The position numbers and the translations under genes are program-made. The notes under the pieces are model-generated. The model saw nothing but the letters and a program-made list of their open reading frames with translations. It made no database searches and was not told the origin of the DNA. DNA of 54,287 nucleotides, filler included, from Bipalium vagum (taxonomy: Eukaryota), in NCBI GenBank assembly GCA_037834085.1. It is 3 parts of 3 records of this genome, joined end to end, with 100 filler letters (N's around TTAATTAATTAA, not from the genome) between each part and the next. Parts side by side here need not be neighbours in the genome. Positions count along the whole stretch, not along the records: positions 33,486 to 54,287 come from JBBMKC010246332.1; 2 more parts are not named here. One strand, 5' to 3'. How positions within the stretch are numbered: position 1 is the stretch's first letter; the number at the start of each line of letters is the position of its first letter. Shown here piece by piece: positions 50,761 to 54,287 of this stretch.

Positions 50761-52375
50761 ATGAACGTTCAATCCAATAAAATCATGATTACCAATATAC
50801 TGCTTGCAGCGCATTAGCTTTTTATGATTAAAGCACGGAGCAAAAATTTGATGTTTAAGTTTCGTCCTCTGAATATTGTGAATGGGAGAGACATCCATTG
50901 CAGACTCTGCAAAACTACAGTGGAAGCACAAGTCACTTCCTCGCCCGGCCACACCAACCAAGAACAAAACACAATCACGTGTTAACGTTGTTGTTCAACT
51001 TTCTAAAGGATTCTGGATTTGACTTAGATATGGACATATGTCCACATGAGGTGAAAACCACACTACGGGCAGACCCAATTGTCAGATCCAAGTACAAGAA
51101 AGTTATAAGTCTCGTCGACCTCCAAGTGCCGTGTGATGAGTGTAGTAGAAGGTCGTAAAAGAAATCAGAAGAAACCGTTGCACGTTACCTTAAGAAAATA
51201 AGAAAAGTTTACTACTTAAACCATTGGACAAGGCTAAACTAGCGAAGAAGTGGTTGGCAGAAAATCACCTATGGGAGAGAACCATTTTTTCAGACGAAAA
51301 ATGGTTTTCCCTTGAATGCCAGATGACTGGAGAACTTACACTAAGAATCAGAAATCATTTATCGTCCCGGGCACCAGAAGAAAGGTGGGGTAATTATGGT
51401 ATGGGGCATGGTTCTCCCAAATGGTCTGTTATCTTTTAGAATATTAAATAGAGACTTCAAAAGTCAGGATTACATAGATTTACTTTGCCAAACTATTGTA
51501 TCAATTTCTAAATTTAATTATGGGGGACAATTCAAGATTCCATACGGCAAGGATCGTTCAAAAATGGATGGATATAACCAATTTCCAAGTATTACCATGG
51601 CCTGCTTGATATCCAGACTTGAATATAATGGAAAATTATGGAAGATGTCATCTATGACAGGTTACCACTTATGTCTGTAGATGATTTAACGGAAGGAATT
51701 CCGAAAGCCTTTCACTTGATCAATACGACAAATCGAAGAGTTATTAAAAATCTTTATGATATTTTTAGAGGACGTTTAGTGAAAATAATTGTAAAAATGA
51801 TGATCAAATAAAAAATTAATTGTGTGTTGCTTTTTTTCAAGGGGTGGCCAATAATTATGCACAGATGAAAAATAAAATTTTGTAAACATCAAATATAAAA
51901 GTTCAAAACTATAATTTAAAAGTGCAAAAAACAACTTTTAACATTTTTCGATGAAAATACTTAACAGAAAAGTTGTTTAAAATGATTAAAATTGCCTTAT
52001 TCAAGGTGGCCAATAAATTTGCTCATCAGTATATAAAGGACTCGCTTAGCAAATGGTAATTTTAACCCGCAACAAAGTCGATATATGGACAATTAAACTA
52101 GAGTGCCTCGGCTCCTGGGATCCAGAGAATAATAACGTGCTCTGTCGACTTGGTTTCAAGGAAACTAACATATACAGACTATCAACCGATATGATTGCGT
52201 TCGTTATTGCGCAATCATATCATATATATCTACAACACGTAGCTAAAGGTTGATAATCTTATTATTTATAAGTACCTTTTACGTTTATTCTCATAATACA
52301 TACTATATTAAGTAGATTATCAGATATTATACAAATTTAATTAATTAATAAGAAAAAAAACTTTAATAACTTGAA
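50761..52375 (+). mobile_element. 3' tail of an RLE non-LTR retrotransposon, copy B, interrupted by Tc1
   Basis: CRLCKTTVE..SHFL..KHNHVL..LRADPIV..LVDLQVPCDE (50900-51174), resuming at ~52032 with CLGSWDPENNNVLCRLG..DMIAFVIAQSYHIYLQHVAKG*. Confidence 0.8.
51175..52031 (+). mobile_element. 5'-truncated Tc1 (IR/DR-type) element
   Basis: WERTIFSDEKWFSLE, GGVIMVWGM, LPWPA..PDLNIMENYG. The right TIR carries a direct repeat GTGGCCAATAA at ~51844 and ~52006 and is followed by TA. Confidence 0.9.
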
Positions 52376-54194
52376 TAATCAAAAAAGTAATAAATTATAT
52401 AATTATAAGGTTTTAATAAAATAACTTTTAATAAAAACTTTATACAAAGTTTTCAAAATAAGCTTTAAAAATCTTTAAAAAAGCTTTATTAACTTTAAAA
52501 AACTTTTCATATTTTTTTATTTAAAAAAATTTTTTCTTTCAAAATTTAAATATCATAATAAAAACATTAAAATTATGTATTGTCTATTTCTCTTTTTATA
52601 CGAAATTTTACTCAAATTGTACTTATTTTTATTATTATTTTATTATCTTTATGTTTATCCTTCATTATTTTATTTTATTTTGCCTTTTCTTTATTAAACT
52701 AGGAAAAAATCGTAATTCTATCCCCGGCTCAGGATAGGATTACACCGGGGATTACTTAATGGCCTGAAGTAGTTTGACACTCAAGGCTCATGGGTTGAGA
52801 GCAAAAAGGGTCAATAAGTAACCTTAAATGAATGAATCAAGGAATTGTATCCTGATTCATTCACTTATCTACACAACAATATCCTGAATTAGACAGACTG
52901 CAAGGCTCAAGGCAGAAGGGTGAATAGGGATATGGTAATGTTTCTTGTCTACAATATCTTTTTATTGAAAAACGTTTTATGGTGGTGGGTTTAAAATTTT
53001 ATGTATAATTTTTATGAATTTTACTCGAAGGATTATTTATAAGAACTCCATTCATATAAAAAAATCTATTAGTATGTTTCGATAAAAAACAAAGACTATG
53101 TCTTATTTCTTTTTTTTACTGTGATATTATTTAATTTTATGACTTACGGTATAGGGTAATTTCGAAACATCTAATAGGTGATGGATTGAGAAAGATATAA
53201 AAGATTCTTCTTAGATGCAATTTAGACGGTTAACTTCTTTCCTTAAGTTTTATATGTGCGGCTAAAGATTGGCGAAGAAAAACAAGTAAATTCCTTTAAT
53301 GTTTAATCATTTCCAATCTGCTACCGATCACTGGCAAAAAAGAGCTGATGAGACTGACGAGGCTGATGACGAATTCTCGGAGAAGAAAACCCAAACGATG
53401 ATATCAAAGATAAGCTTATATAAAGTGAAAATATCAAATATTCCAATGAAGATGGTCAAAAAGTGTTTTTTTAAATAAAGTATTGTTTTTTAATGTTCGA
53501 TATTCGGTATTTGATATTGTGGTACAGTAGTATTTGGTATTCAAAATTTGAAATTTGAAATAAATCCAAACCAAATTGAGTTTATTCGATATTTGGTATT
53601 CGATACTGGGGCTTAGGTGTTGGCTGTGATTAGTAATTCTCCCACTGCTAACATCATTGTGAGCGAAAGAAAATCATAAGAAAATTTATTATAATTTTAC
53701 AAATATTAAGTTAAAAAAATTAATTAAAATGATGAAAACTATTATAAAAAATTAATGTATTACGACATTAATATTTTCCATTTTCCACAGAGAAACAAAT
53801 TTAATCACGACACGTGTCGCTCTTAACAGAATTAAAATATATATTTTTTATCTAATCCTTAAATGAATATTTTATTTATTACATTTAATATTTAATTTTC
53901 AAACTGTTTTCAACTTGACAAAAATTTAATTTTTAATTTTTAAAATTTTATTAATTGAAATTAGATATTTTTGGGAAATTTGACTTTCAAGTAAAATTTT
54001 TTAGAATTTTTGTTCAGATTTAAATTTTAAATTTTTAGTGAATAATTATTTTTAAAGGCAACAAAAATAAATATTTTTTTCTGAAAAATAAATTTTACAG
54101 TTAAGCATTAATAAATACCAGTTAAAAGGGTAATCACAAATTTTTTTCTAAAACTTTTATGAGAATTAAAAAATAAATTGAAATTGAAATTGAA

Positions 54195-54197
<3 letters not shown>

Positions 54198-54236
<39 letters not shown>

Positions 54237-54287
54237 TAATAAAAATAATAAAAATAATAAAAAAATAATAATAAATAATAATAATAA
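54198..54287. repeat. (AAT)n microsatellite / A-rich low complexity
   Basis: Read directly from the sequence. Confidence 0.95.

Larger units (their letters stand above)
49451..53648. mobile_element. Non-autonomous or decayed DNA transposon with long TIRs and an 8-bp TSD, carrying nested insertions
   Basis: Left end ATAGTGGGAAAATTACCAATCACGGTCAACACCAAAGCCCCAATATCGAATA versus reverse complement of the right end GCAGTGGGAGAATTACTAATCACAGCCAACACCTAAGCCCCAGTATCGAATA. TAACATCA flanks both sides (49443-49450, 53649-53656). Confidence 0.85.

Noticed and set aside
53345-53390. CTGATGAG...GAAA suggestive of a hammerhead ribozyme core
   Set aside because: No flanking stems; better explained as decayed acidic coding sequence (ADETDEADDEF).

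Overview
AT-rich eukaryotic genomic DNA with many very short (about 40-60 nt) GT-AG introns, assembly gaps and a heavy load of decayed transposons. The style resembles a triclad flatworm/planarian assembly, but that is inference. Five host genes lie co-oriented on the minus strand. (1) A multi-exon protein of over 2,000 aa ending in a divergent KASH domain (nesprin-like, ~49105-39012). (2) A PKA catalytic-subunit gene missed by the ORF track, of which only the four N-lobe exons are visible (37416-36959). (3) A 5-exon, ~926-aa DSTYK/RIPK5-like kinase with an N-terminal dynamin-like GTPase domain that retains its P-loop (30248-20971). (4, 5) Two tandem intronless ADCY9-like adenylyl cyclases: one has all catalytic residues (15588-12436) and one has lost most C2 catalytic residues despite an intact ORF (10298-7167). 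Between the genes are more than 15 Tc1/mariner relics, fragments of RLE-type (NeSL/R5-like) non-LTR retrotransposons, a probable Polinton/Maverick capsid relic next to a tRNA-like Pol III unit, and a 4.2-kb nested TIR element with an 8-bp TSD. The most notable candidate system is the active plus pseudo adenylyl cyclase pair clustered with a possibly truncated PKA-C and a KASH protein.
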